In this document: positions 1 through 9,748 of the stretch, one piece after another | Layout of the letters: each line of letters starts with the position of its first letter | How positions within the stretch are numbered: the stretch's first letter is position 1 | Assembly (NCBI GenBank): GCA_963663965.2 | Contig: CAXXFK010000010.1 | Coordinates: 32,001-96,000 of the forward strand | Source of the DNA: Sedimentisphaerales bacterium | GTDB taxonomy: Bacteria > Planctomycetota > Phycisphaerae > Sedimentisphaerales > SM23-30 | Direction: 5' to 3' | DNA length: 64,000 nt | The notes under the pieces: model-generated | The model's database searches: none | What the model saw: only the letters and a program-made list of their open reading frames with translations | Told to the model about the DNA's origin: nothing | Made by a program: the position numbers and the translations under genes

Positions 1-456
1 GCGTCCGATAAAATCGCCTGTTTTATAAATAGTATTATCTACGAAGACATAGGATTCTGAACCCTCTTGAATCACCCCGGCGACTTTTATTGGTTTTTCC
101 TTTATCGGTACCGATAAATCCTGTACTTTTGACTCTGGGAAGCGGCTCTCTGCCGGGCTGAATATATCCCGCTTTACTCGTACATTATCAACACCCTCTG
201 TTAACCAGCCCGGATCCCGGGCCAAATCCAAATCGTTGCGCTCAGTTAAAGTTGATGCCGCGTTTCCCGAATCAGACGAGATTTCACTGACCGCCTCCAT
301 TCCCGGGGATGCCGTTGATATTGTTCGGACTGGACTGGGATGCACCATGGTATCATGACCGGTTGTGGCGCTGTGACGAACCACGGCATTGTCATAAATC
401 AATGCCCCGATGGCAACAATCATAACCGTTAGATATATGATTCGTTTTTTGCTCAT
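1..456 (-). CDS. Partial CDS running off the window; N-terminal membrane anchor, C-terminal region resembling PilP/GspB-GspC-type assembly proteins
   Basis: Hand translation from ATG at 456: MSKKRIIYLTVMIVAIGALIYDN...KPIKVAGVIQEGSESYVFVDNTIYKTGDFIGR, open to base 1; lies directly downstream of pilM-N-O. Not in the ORF track because there is no stop in the window. Confidence 0.55.
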   Translation of the reverse strand, partial: MSKKRIIYLTVMIVAIGALIYDNAVVRHSATTGHDTMVHPSPVRTISTASPGMEAVSEISSDSGNAASTLTERNDLDLARDPGWLTEGVDNVRVKRDIFSPAESRFPESKVQDLSVPIKEKPIKVAGVIQEGSESYVFVDNTIYKTGDFIGR

Positions 457-494
457 ATCATCATTTATTTATCTATTGAACTTAACGCCGTCAC

Positions 495-1055
495 TCAGGG
501 AGAAAATATGTCGAAAGTTAACTGAATGGCACACGATGCGCCATTCTCTTGTTCGTTTTCTTTTTGCATTACCTTTTCCACTGAGCTATGAGCCACGCAA
601 ACATACGGCGCTTTTTGCTGAAGCGCTTCTACAAAACCAATAAGATCCGGAAACTGGCCGGTTAATTCGAGTTCCATCTCCTGCACATTAAAATGAGGGG
701 TCTGACGCGCCGGTCCCGGTGATACTTGATCTATCTGCAGATTCCAGTTGCCACATATAGATTCAATGGTCCGTAGAATATTCGGTATCCCGGTGTTTTC
801 TCTCAATACATCCCGAGCCTGACTCAACTCTTCCGCCAGTATCTGTCGCTGATTATTGAGTTGCTTTAAACTCTCCAGTTCACGAAGCGATTGTTTTTTT
901 TCTTCGATTTTTCCTTCTTGACATTTGCGGAATTCCTGAATCCGGCCTTCGAGCGGTTTTATGGCTCCATACCACATGGTCAATCCGATCAGTACCAGCG
1001 CTGCCAGACCGATCAGATCGACATCATAAAGTCTGGGTCGGTCGCAAATCAGCAT
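495..1055 (-). CDS. pilO: PilO/GspM-like alignment-complex protein
   Basis: Single N-terminal TM, coiled coil, then ...ELELTGQFPDLIGFVEALQ... typical of the PilO ferredoxin-like domain; follows pilN. Confidence 0.72.
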   Translation of the reverse strand: MLICDRPRLYDVDLIGLAALVLIGLTMWYGAIKPLEGRIQEFRKCQEGKIEEKKQSLRELESLKQLNNQRQILAEELSQARDVLRENTGIPNILRTIESICGNWNLQIDQVSPGPARQTPHFNVQEMELELTGQFPDLIGFVEALQQKAPYVCVAHSSVEKVMQKENEQENGASCAIQLTFDIFSP

Positions 1056-1734
1056 AGTCCAGTTCCTGTTTGAGATTGTCCTGTTCTAACGTACATCTTA
1101 TTTCGAATTCCAACTGGGATGTCATGGATGAGTTACGTCTTTGCACACGCTTCATTTCAACGATTTTAAATAAACCGGTTTTTTTAAGATTCTCCATTAA
1201 TTCCGCTAATTGACTATGATTCATGGCATATCCATCAAGAGCCAGGATATGTATGTGTTCGGAGCGCTGCGGTTCGTTTTCGGATGCCTGATCGGCGTCC
1301 GATTTCTGCTTAAGTTGAAACATTTCCATGCCGGCTGGAATTGCCGACGGCAACGTCCCCATCGTCTGTTCTGTTGGCCCCCCCAATTCCAAATGACTGT
1401 AGTATATGTCACGAGGAGTTATTTCTGATAATATTCGACCAATCCCGGCCAGGTTTGGGTAAAATTTCAGTTCCTGGAGCAAAGCGATCTTTCCCTTCCA
1501 GCGGTCAAGGTCGCTGCGAGCCTGTCTCAGTGCGTCAATATCGGACAAGGTGTTTTCGTATTCAGCGGTTACCCGTTCTACCTGATTCGATAAATCGCGA
1601 TATTGCCAATAAATCCATCCTGTCCGGATCAACATCGTTATTAACGCCAAAACACACAATCCAATCCAGATACGCATGCGCCGTTTGCGTATGGAACCAA
1701 GTCTCATTTCTATTGGAATCAGATTGACTGTCAT
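1024..1734 (-). CDS. pilN: PilN-domain protein
   Basis: N-terminal VNLIP (INLLP-type PilM-binding motif), TM, coiled coil, ...LDGYAMNHSQLAELMENLKKTGLF...FEIRC. Confidence 0.82.
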   Translation of the reverse strand: MTVNLIPIEMRLGSIRKRRMRIWIGLCVLALITMLIRTGWIYWQYRDLSNQVERVTAEYENTLSDIDALRQARSDLDRWKGKIALLQELKFYPNLAGIGRILSEITPRDIYYSHLELGGPTEQTMGTLPSAIPAGMEMFQLKQKSDADQASENEPQRSEHIHILALDGYAMNHSQLAELMENLKKTGLFKIVEMKRVQRRNSSMTSQLEFEIRCTLEQDNLKQELDYADLRPTQTL

Positions 1735-1743
1735 CTATGCTGT

Positions 1744-2946
1744 TTACCTCAAAAGGGCCAATCCGGCCGCAGTGGCCCAAAGACCCGGTTCACCTCTTTC
1801 CCCGGGGATCCATGTCCGGATCTGGTCCAATAATGGGGACGAAAGCCCCTTCACCGGCATTTCCAATTCCCGGCTCATCCATTCCTGGATTCCGTTCAAG
1901 GCGCTTCCTCCGCCCAGTAAATACAATGTATCCAGCGTGAAACCATACCGGTCGGTGATCACATAATTCAACGTCCGGATGATTCCTTCAATGAATTTAT
2001 GCAAAAGCGGTTTGACGCCGATCTCAATCCCCCGCGTGACAACGGAAGCCATTTCCTGTAATAAGCCTGTTCCTCTGTTCCGGTCCCGCTCATGATCCGC
2101 ATAACGGGCCAGGCCATAAAAACACTTGACACAATCGCCTTCTTGAGGTTCGACAATCAGAGCGTCTCCCAGAGCCTGACTGAGCTGATAACCACCGATG
2201 TTAAAATATCGCGATAAAAACGGACCGTTTGAATCTGCCACAACCAAGGTGCTGGACTTTTCGGCCAGATCGATCACCACGGTCAATGATTTTTCCGACC
2301 GGTTATCTGGATCGACGGCATCCGCTCCTTCCCGGTTCTCATCATTCAGCGTTCTGCCGGGTCCCTCAGCCGGGATGAATCCGGTCCTGGCGATACGGTG
2401 GAGAACACAAGGCAAGGCGTCTACCTCACGGCAATGCAAACCGATTGACTCAACCAAACGAATTCGCCGGGCGATCCATTCACCATCCGCGCTGTAGACG
2501 ACCATGGATTGTCCTTTGCTCTTTGGTTCCACCCGGATCACCTGATAATCAAAAACCGCATGCTCGACCGCAAAATCCAGATGACCTTCCATCTCGCACT
2601 TCAGGGCGCTGAGCGTGGTCTCCCGATCAAGTCCATTTTTACCGCAAGGCAGGGACATCGGGCGGATATCCATACGGTTTGAGGGACAATGCAATATCAC
2701 CTCATGACCATCAAAATGACCCATGGCCAAAACCCGGGTTATGGTTTCTTTAAGAATCCCCTCGATCGTCTCCTGGGATACGTTGTTTTCGTTTAAAACC
2801 ATCTTTTGAGCGCGATGATAGCGATGTTCCTGCGCACAGAAAACCTCATACGATGCGCCGCTGCGACTGTATTGCACGGCGCGGATTCCGCAATGGCCAA
2901 TATCCAGCCCTATTGGACCGGGTCTGTTTTTTAGTATCTTCATCAT
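1744..2946 (-). CDS. pilM: Type IV pilus assembly actin-like protein PilM
   Basis: IGLDIGHCGIRAVQ N-terminus, YLLGGGSALNGI, C-terminal ATAAGLALL; upstream of pilN. Confidence 0.88.
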   Translation of the reverse strand: MMKILKNRPGPIGLDIGHCGIRAVQYSRSGASYEVFCAQEHRYHRAQKMVLNENNVSQETIEGILKETITRVLAMGHFDGHEVILHCPSNRMDIRPMSLPCGKNGLDRETTLSALKCEMEGHLDFAVEHAVFDYQVIRVEPKSKGQSMVVYSADGEWIARRIRLVESIGLHCREVDALPCVLHRIARTGFIPAEGPGRTLNDENREGADAVDPDNRSEKSLTVVIDLAEKSSTLVVADSNGPFLSRYFNIGGYQLSQALGDALIVEPQEGDCVKCFYGLARYADHERDRNRGTGLLQEMASVVTRGIEIGVKPLLHKFIEGIIRTLNYVITDRYGFTLDTLYLLGGGSALNGIQEWMSRELEMPVKGLSSPLLDQIRTWIPGERGEPGLWATAAGLALLR

Positions 2947-2954
2947 GACAAAAG

Positions 2955-4202
2955 TTATGCGCTAATTTGCGATAAATCAAACATGGGCAAAATTAAAGAA
3001 ATTGCCAGACCGCCGATCACGGTGCCCATCAATACCAGAATCAACGGTTCCATTATATGAGTCAACATGCCAATCTGCGTTTCATTACGATCGTCAAGGT
3101 ACCCGGCCAGCATGGTGGTTACCTGGCCAATCTGGCTGTTTTCCTCCCCCGTGCGAACCATCTGCACCACGCTGGAATCCATAATGCCGCTGCTCTGCAT
3201 GACTTCGTACATGGAATGCCCGTTCACGACACTGTCATAAACATCCTGCATCATATCACGAAAAAGATAATTGCTGCAAGCCTGCCGGGTAAGATCCAGC
3301 GAATCAACCAAAGGAACGTTCGCTTCTACCAGCAATCCGATTAAACGCATGATGCGCGCGCTTTGAACCGATTTTATCATCAGGCCAATAACCGGCAAAC
3401 GTAACGCGGTTCGGGCGATCAAGCGTCGCCCGTACGCACTTCGCAGCCAGTAGACTATTCCAACGATCGTTCCGGCCAATCCCGCGAGACTTAATACCAT
3501 GTTCGTTCTTAAGGCGGCGGATACGGTCAGAAGCATTTTGGTGGAAGCCGGTAAATTCACTTTCATTTCCAGAAAGATATTTTCAAATCTGGGCAAAACA
3601 AAAAACAGCAACACCACCAAAACGCCAACCGCGATCATCGATAGCACAAGCGGGTATATCATGGCGGAAATGATTTTATTGCGTAATCGATCCGCGCGCT
3701 GGGAAAATGCCGCCAGCTGATTCAAAATAGAGACCATTTTCCCGGATTTCTCCCCGGCGGCAATCATACTGACATAAATTTTATCGAACACATTCGAATA
3801 GGTGTTCATCGCGGACGCCAGATTCCCCCCTTCGCGCACCTGACGGTATAATTCCGCGGCCAGGGCTTTCCAATGCGGACAGGCCATTTGTTGTTCCAGT
3901 GCGTTCAACACATCAGCCAGTTGCGTTCCCGCCTGTAGCATGATGGCCATCTGCGTCGTAAAAAAAGGAAGGTGTTTCTGTTGGGCGCGCCTGGGATCGG
4001 GTTCATTCGAATAACCGGACTTTTTCAGAATCTGTCCCCAATAACGTTTCCAGACGGTTTCCGTCTGCACGGCGGGACTGATACGCACCGGGATCAATCC
4101 CATTCGTTTAAGTTCCACATAAACCTGCGAAACATTATTCACCGCGATGGTATTGCGAATCACGGTTCCGGTACGGTTCAAGGCTTGATATTCAAATTCC
4201 AT
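2955..4202 (-). CDS. pilC: PilC/GspF inner-membrane platform protein
   Basis: FEYQALNRTG start, two T2SSF repeats (AGEKSGK...SAMIYP; TGEENSQ...MEPLIL...ILPMF). Confidence 0.92.
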   Translation of the reverse strand: MEFEYQALNRTGTVIRNTIAVNNVSQVYVELKRMGLIPVRISPAVQTETVWKRYWGQILKKSGYSNEPDPRRAQQKHLPFFTTQMAIMLQAGTQLADVLNALEQQMACPHWKALAAELYRQVREGGNLASAMNTYSNVFDKIYVSMIAAGEKSGKMVSILNQLAAFSQRADRLRNKIISAMIYPLVLSMIAVGVLVVLLFFVLPRFENIFLEMKVNLPASTKMLLTVSAALRTNMVLSLAGLAGTIVGIVYWLRSAYGRRLIARTALRLPVIGLMIKSVQSARIMRLIGLLVEANVPLVDSLDLTRQACSNYLFRDMMQDVYDSVVNGHSMYEVMQSSGIMDSSVVQMVRTGEENSQIGQVTTMLAGYLDDRNETQIGMLTHIMEPLILVLMGTVIGGLAISLILPMFDLSQISA

Positions 4203-4211
4203 CTTTGCATC

Positions 4212-5984
4212 CTATTGTGTTTTGTTTTCAACCACAGGTTTTGCCAAATCCACCTTGTCCGGTTCCTCTTCGATTTCTTCGATAAAACAGACACGCATCA
4301 TCTCTTCGATACTGGTGACTCCTTGTTCAACGCACAGGATGCCTTCATGTTTCAAATCATGCCACTTCCCGCGCTTTCTCATATATTGGCGCAATTCGTT
4401 CGCTGACGGCCGTCGAAGTATCATCTCACGCAGGGTACCGGTTAACTCCAACACTTCACAGATCGCGCGCCTCCCTTTGAAACCGCTGTCATGACACAGG
4501 GTGCAACCCTGTCCCCGGTGAAAGGCGCGATTGCGAGGACCTTCCCAGCCAATCTCATCGAGCAGGGATTCATCCGGAAAGTAGGTGGTTTTGCACTTGG
4601 GACAGATGGTCCTTAACAAACGCTGAGCGATGACACCCACCAGACTGGAAGCGAGCAGATAAGGTTCGATGCCCATGTTAATCAGGCGGGTCACCGCGCC
4701 CGGACTGTCATTGGTATGCAGGGTGCTTAAAACCAGATGCCCCGTCAGCGCCGCCTGAATGGCCACTTTTGCCGTCTCTTCATCACGAATTTCACCCAAC
4801 ATGACAATATCGGGATCCTGACGCAAGACGGACCGGAGCGCCCGGGCAAATGTTAAGCCAACCAGATCATTCACTTGAATCTGGTTGACCAATTCCAGTT
4901 GATACTCTACCGGGTCTTCGATCGTAATAATATTTTTCTCTTTACAGCGCAATAAATCCAGCGCGGAATACAGGGTAGTGGTTTTTCCGCTTCCGGTTGG
5001 TCCGGTTACCAATAACAAACCATGGGGCTTGCTCAACATGCGACGAAAGGCCATAACCATTTCCGGACTGTATCCCAACTTATCCAGATCCAGTTGCAGG
5101 TTGCTCTTGTCAAGAATACGCATAACGATCTTTTCACCCAGGATGGTTGGCATGGATGAAAGCCGCAAATCGATCTCTCGTCCATCGGTCAGAATATGGA
5201 TGCGCCCCTCTTGCGGCACCCTTTTTTCCGCAATATCCATTTGACCGATCACTTTGATACGGGAAACGATTGCGGCATGCCACTCTTTCGGAGGGGTCAT
5301 CAAGTCATGCAACATCCCGTCGATCCGATAGCGTATATGGACACAGGTTTTGTCCGGTTCAATATGGATATCGGATGCGCCTTCCTTCACGGCCTGCACC
5401 ATCGTCATGTTCACAAGATTCACAACCGGACTGCCATCGGTCATCTCAGACAGATCCACAATAATGTTCTCGTCAATGGCTTCTTTTTCAACCAGTTCGA
5501 CTTCCGCGTCGTGTAAAGAGGCGACAAAGTTGTCAATCTTGACATTTTGAGCAAAGTACTTTTTTATGTTGTCCTGGATATTGTTTGCCAGCCCGATAAC
5601 GGGCTGGATTTTCATGCCGGTATTTCGTTCCAGATCATCGACAACCAATAACGACTGGGGTTCGGACATTGCCAGCGTAAGCACTTCGTTCACTTTAAAC
5701 AGCGGCAGAATAATATGTTTTTCAGCCAATTCCTTGTCAATGCTATCGACGACCTTGGGATCGATCAGACCCGGCCGTAAAATCACCCATGGCAATCCCA
5801 ATCGCCGCGACAAACATTCCAGCACGGCGGCTTCGCTCACCAGTTTCTCTTCGACCAGCAATTCGCCCAGCTTTTTGCGACTGCTGCGCTGGCGGATAAG
5901 CACTTGATTCAGTTGCTCCTCGCTGAGATGCCCATCCTGCACCAGCATCTGTCCCATTCGAATGGCATGTGATAATAATTTCAT
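4212..5984 (-). CDS. pilB: PilB/GspE assembly ATPase with N-terminal MshEN domain
   Basis: ASDIHIEP, Walker A GPTGSGKTTT, LRQDPDIVMLGEIRD, TGHLVLSTLHTN, CPKC/CTLC Zn motif; N-terminal RMGQMLVQDGHLSEEQLNQVLIRQ. Confidence 0.95.
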   Translation of the reverse strand: MKLLSHAIRMGQMLVQDGHLSEEQLNQVLIRQRSSRKKLGELLVEEKLVSEAAVLECLSRRLGLPWVILRPGLIDPKVVDSIDKELAEKHIILPLFKVNEVLTLAMSEPQSLLVVDDLERNTGMKIQPVIGLANNIQDNIKKYFAQNVKIDNFVASLHDAEVELVEKEAIDENIIVDLSEMTDGSPVVNLVNMTMVQAVKEGASDIHIEPDKTCVHIRYRIDGMLHDLMTPPKEWHAAIVSRIKVIGQMDIAEKRVPQEGRIHILTDGREIDLRLSSMPTILGEKIVMRILDKSNLQLDLDKLGYSPEMVMAFRRMLSKPHGLLLVTGPTGSGKTTTLYSALDLLRCKEKNIITIEDPVEYQLELVNQIQVNDLVGLTFARALRSVLRQDPDIVMLGEIRDEETAKVAIQAALTGHLVLSTLHTNDSPGAVTRLINMGIEPYLLASSLVGVIAQRLLRTICPKCKTTYFPDESLLDEIGWEGPRNRAFHRGQGCTLCHDSGFKGRRAICEVLELTGTLREMILRRPSANELRQYMRKRGKWHDLKHEGILCVEQGVTSIEEMMRVCFIEEIEEEPDKVDLAKPVVENKTQ

Positions 5985-6013
5985 AATAATTCAGCGTTGA
6001 CTGTAATTTAATG

Positions 6014-6349
6014 TCATAGAAAACTTTTCATTGCCAGCAGGGCATCCGGATAAACATCAAATTGCGATTCCAGCCGGGTGATTTCCAGAATTTTCTGATT
6101 TATTTCGTTTAAATGGCTGAGTTTTAATTTGGCGCCATAATCACGTAATTTATCCTGAAATGACAAAAGTAACTCCAAACCGGCGCTGTCAATAAAGGTC
6201 ACATCCTCCATATTGATCAATACTCTTCGCTCCCATTGCTTGATCAATTCGGTTAAAATCGTATCCAAATCGTCCATTTCATCGCAAACCATGGGGCCGG
6301 TTGGACGGATCATCGTCACGGTGCCTTCTTTGCGTTTGATCACATGCAT
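6014..6349 (-). CDS. STAS-domain protein (anti-anti-sigma factor type)
   Basis: INMEDVTFIDSAGLELL with the conserved phosphorylatable Ser; ILEITRL. Confidence 0.92.
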   Translation of the reverse strand: MHVIKRKEGTVTMIRPTGPMVCDEMDDLDTILTELIKQWERRVLINMEDVTFIDSAGLELLLSFQDKLRDYGAKLKLSHLNEINQKILEITRLESQFDVYPDALLAMKSFL

Positions 6350-7662
6350 CAGACCGCCTCCACGGGAGACTCATGAAGGGTCAGACGGAATTCATGCCGG
6401 TGTTCGATGGTCCTGTCTGTATTGAAAAATGAACGATAAATACGATCCAGCATATCGGACAGGCGCCCTTGATAGAGCCGTTTATCCGCCGCCATCCACG
6501 CCAGATCAATGGACAGGATATCCCCAAAATCCGATTGACGGGTCTGACCGATTTCTTCGTTCAATGTTTTCAAACCGCTTTGCATGATCTGACTGGCCAG
6601 GTAGGTATCCGTACGCGGCATAATCAAGGCAAATACATCATCCGCCATCCGTCCCAGTAAATAGGCCTTGCCTGACCGGTTTAAAATATCACCCAGTTTG
6701 CCGCCAATCAAGCCGCTGATCTGATTCCAGGTCTGCGACTGCCCGGCAAAAAGCCGGCGAAATCCGCGGATGGACAAGACGACCACGGAAAAGGGATCAT
6801 CTTTCCGAATGCATTGATCGGCCCACTCCTGTCCTCTCTCCACAAACACATCCGCGCGCAAAGTGCGACTGAATTCATCATGTTCCATTTGCCACTGACG
6901 TTCATTGATCGCCTGCAATTGTTGCCAGAACAACTGCGATATTTCAGCGGCATGATGAAAACGCGCTTTTAATTCCTTCTTTTGGGAAGCCGTCAGTGTT
7001 TCATATCCTACCCACTCAATCATGGCCAGCAGCGGCTGGCCATACTTTCGGACCAGCGGCACACTGGCCTGCCAGGCATCCGGTTCCTGATTTTCTGTCC
7101 GATACCGGCTGATATCCGGCACAATATAAGGTTTTCCTGTTTCCAAGGCGTTTATCGCGCATTCCCCTTTAAGTGGAATCTGACTTGGGGTGTGATTCGC
7201 CACCCGGGTCTCCCCGGTTCCCTGATTCATTCCGGAAACACATTCGATCAGCATTTCCCGACTGGAATCAGGACACCATAAGGATACGGAACTCCGCCCG
7301 GTCAAACGGCAATAGAGTCGTTCGGTTAACTCATTAAAAGAATGATACCGTTCAATCAAATCCTGACTGGTCAGCATTTGAACGGAATAACGGAGCAAAT
7401 CCGTCAAGTGATGGGCAAGACTGTCGGTCGGATCAACCGGATCCGCCGCGTTATTCTCTGCCTGATGGCGAATCGGTTTTACTTTCGGTTTGCTTAATGC
7501 GGCCAGATAACCCATCAACCCGGCGGCGATCGGAATCATCAGGTACAATCCGTATACGCCTAAAGGTCGATATGCCTCCGACAGGACGGTCGTCAACACC
7601 GCGGCCAGAATACCGATCACTAATATCGGCAAAACGATATTTGACAAAATCTCTTTTCTCAT
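6349..7662 (-). CDS. Membrane protein with GAF-like region and degenerate GGDEF-like domain
   Basis: Two N-terminal TMs; C-terminal FSVVVLSIRGFR...LLGRMADDVFALIMP follows the GGDEF layout, with MADDV in place of GGDEF. Confidence 0.62.
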   Translation of the reverse strand: MRKEILSNIVLPILVIGILAAVLTTVLSEAYRPLGVYGLYLMIPIAAGLMGYLAALSKPKVKPIRHQAENNAADPVDPTDSLAHHLTDLLRYSVQMLTSQDLIERYHSFNELTERLYCRLTGRSSVSLWCPDSSREMLIECVSGMNQGTGETRVANHTPSQIPLKGECAINALETGKPYIVPDISRYRTENQEPDAWQASVPLVRKYGQPLLAMIEWVGYETLTASQKKELKARFHHAAEISQLFWQQLQAINERQWQMEHDEFSRTLRADVFVERGQEWADQCIRKDDPFSVVVLSIRGFRRLFAGQSQTWNQISGLIGGKLGDILNRSGKAYLLGRMADDVFALIMPRTDTYLASQIMQSGLKTLNEEIGQTRQSDFGDILSIDLAWMAADKRLYQGRLSDMLDRIYRSFFNTDRTIEHRHEFRLTLHESPVEAV

Positions 7663-7669
7663 TGCAATG

Positions 7670-9145
7670 TTACGTTTCGCTGGGCCCTAATACCGGGCCA
7701 ATTTTTGTCAAGGGCAATTTAACCGTCATCTCAGTTCCGTTATTCAACTGGCTGGCCACATAAATACTGCCGCCATGCGCTTGTACGATTTCCCGACAAG
7801 TCGCCAATCCCAGTCCGGTCCCGGTAATATGAACGGTTTCTTCACGTTCAATGCGATAAAATTTTTCGAATATTTTTTCCAGATATTCCGGGGCGATGCC
7901 ATAACCGGTATCCGTGGTTTTGATATAGACACAGTTTTCATCCACGTTGGTTTCGACAAATATGGTTCCGCCATCGGGGGTGTATTTGATCGCGTTACTG
8001 AAAACATTATTCAATACAACCGCTAACTTATCACGATCTGCGTACAAATTGGGAAGTTTGGGATGAAAATTCGTCTGCACGGTTATCGATTTCGATGCCG
8101 CCATTCCTTTGATATCATTCACGCATTGGCGCACCAGACGATCCAGCATGACTTCACCACGCTCTAACTGCATGGCCCCGCTTTCCATTCGGGATAAATC
8201 CAGAACGTCATTGATTAACTTGGTCAACCGAATCGTCTCCTCGTTGATCACGTTGAAAGCCTCTTTTTGTGCGGAGGCGTCCAGCACCATATCACTTAAC
8301 AGGGTCTCGGCATAAGCCCGGATGTTAGTGAGGGGTGTTCGTAATTCATGACTGACATGGGCGATGAAATCGCCTTGTGCGTTCTCAACAATTTTCTGCT
8401 GAGTGATATCGCGAATCAATATGAACATCTCCGCATTGCTTTGCTGCGCCCCCAGTTTGATGCAATAGATTCGGTAAATCGTGGTATCCAGACCCTCGCC
8501 ATGCTGTATTTCGAACTGAGTCTCCGGTTGGCCCGCCTGACGAAATTGTTCCAGGTGCTGTATCGCCTGATTATTTTCAAACAGCGATTGCATGGCGCAT
8601 CCAATCAATTCACCCGCCGTCCGGTTGATTAAACCCTCGCAGCGACGATTGGCCATGGCGACCTCCCCCTGGCTGTCTATCAATAAAACGCCATCAGGCA
8701 GCAGATCGATGATGGTGGCAAAGCGTTGGGTATCATAAACGCCATAATTTTCAATCGTCTTTCTGGCAACGCGCAAGGTCTGGATCTCCCTGTGCATGAC
8801 ATCAAAGGCGTTGACCAGCCGATTCCAGCCTAAAGACGGTTTGCCCGATCCTTCACCGGGCGGAGCGATCATAATCTGTTCGGCTATCGCCTCAAAATCC
8901 TCTCTATCCGCCAGTTCCGATAATAATTTTTGAATCGTATTTCTTTCCCCGCCTGCCGGCTGATACCGGCCCTGGAGCAGACCGGCCGTCAATGCCGTTA
9001 ATGCCGATAACAATGCCGCCGCCAACACTGCGGGAATGATTACGGACCTGGCAAACAGATCATAATAGAGGCCCAATAGCCCTGCGCATACCAGAAGCGA
9101 AAGCATGAAACTCAATCCAGACAGTAATCTACGTACTTGTGGCAT
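7670..9145 (-). CDS. PAS-domain sensor histidine kinase
   Basis: Two TMs, PAS (LPDGVLLIDSQGEVAMAN), H-box VSHELRTPL, N-box NVFSNAIKYT, G-boxes DTGYGI and GTGLGL. Confidence 0.95.
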   Translation of the reverse strand: MPQVRRLLSGLSFMLSLLVCAGLLGLYYDLFARSVIIPAVLAAALLSALTALTAGLLQGRYQPAGGERNTIQKLLSELADREDFEAIAEQIMIAPPGEGSGKPSLGWNRLVNAFDVMHREIQTLRVARKTIENYGVYDTQRFATIIDLLPDGVLLIDSQGEVAMANRRCEGLINRTAGELIGCAMQSLFENNQAIQHLEQFRQAGQPETQFEIQHGEGLDTTIYRIYCIKLGAQQSNAEMFILIRDITQQKIVENAQGDFIAHVSHELRTPLTNIRAYAETLLSDMVLDASAQKEAFNVINEETIRLTKLINDVLDLSRMESGAMQLERGEVMLDRLVRQCVNDIKGMAASKSITVQTNFHPKLPNLYADRDKLAVVLNNVFSNAIKYTPDGGTIFVETNVDENCVYIKTTDTGYGIAPEYLEKIFEKFYRIEREETVHITGTGLGLATCREIVQAHGGSIYVASQLNNGTEMTVKLPLTKIGPVLGPSET

Positions 9146-9382
9146 TTCGTAATTATCGTTAGTAGTTGATGTTAAGCATATTCGCGTCCGATGGACAGAC
9201 CAGCAACAGGTTTTCTGTTCATCGGTATCCCATTTATCGACTGGTTGGTTCTGATAGTTTGGTTGCTAAAATATTTTTTTTGGTTATGCCGGACTGGCTT
9301 AACCTCATTTTTTGCTGAAATTCATTCGTGTTTTACCCGATAGCTTTTATATCTCTTAATCTTTTGACAGAAAGCAGATCGC

Positions 9383-9748
9383 ATGAATATTCTATTGGCT
9401 GATGACGATCCGAAAATCCATTTGATTTTAAAAATGTGGCTTAATCGCAATGGGCATAATGTGGATTGTGTTCAGGACGGCCAGGCCGCGTTGCATAAAC
9501 TGAATCATCAGACCTATGACGGCCTGATAACCGACATGAATATGCCTTTGATGAAGGGCGTCGATCTGATTAATGCCTTATCAAATTGCGCGGTTAAACC
9601 CCAATGGGTCATTCTGCTGACTTCCCGTTGCGATTTAAATGATATCAAAAACCGGATTTCTGGTATTGAAGTCAGCATTTTCAATAAACCCTTCAGTCCG
9701 GCGGCGCTCACAGAAGTCATTAACGGTTATAGCGAAGGAATTCAATAA
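9383..9748 (+). CDS. Stand-alone CheY-like response regulator
   Basis: ILLADDD, phospho-acceptor ITDMNMP, LLTS, KPFSP; no output domain. Confidence 0.93.
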   Translation: MNILLADDDPKIHLILKMWLNRNGHNVDCVQDGQAALHKLNHQTYDGLITDMNMPLMKGVDLINALSNCAVKPQWVILLTSRCDLNDIKNRISGIEVSIFNKPFSPAALTEVINGYSEGIQ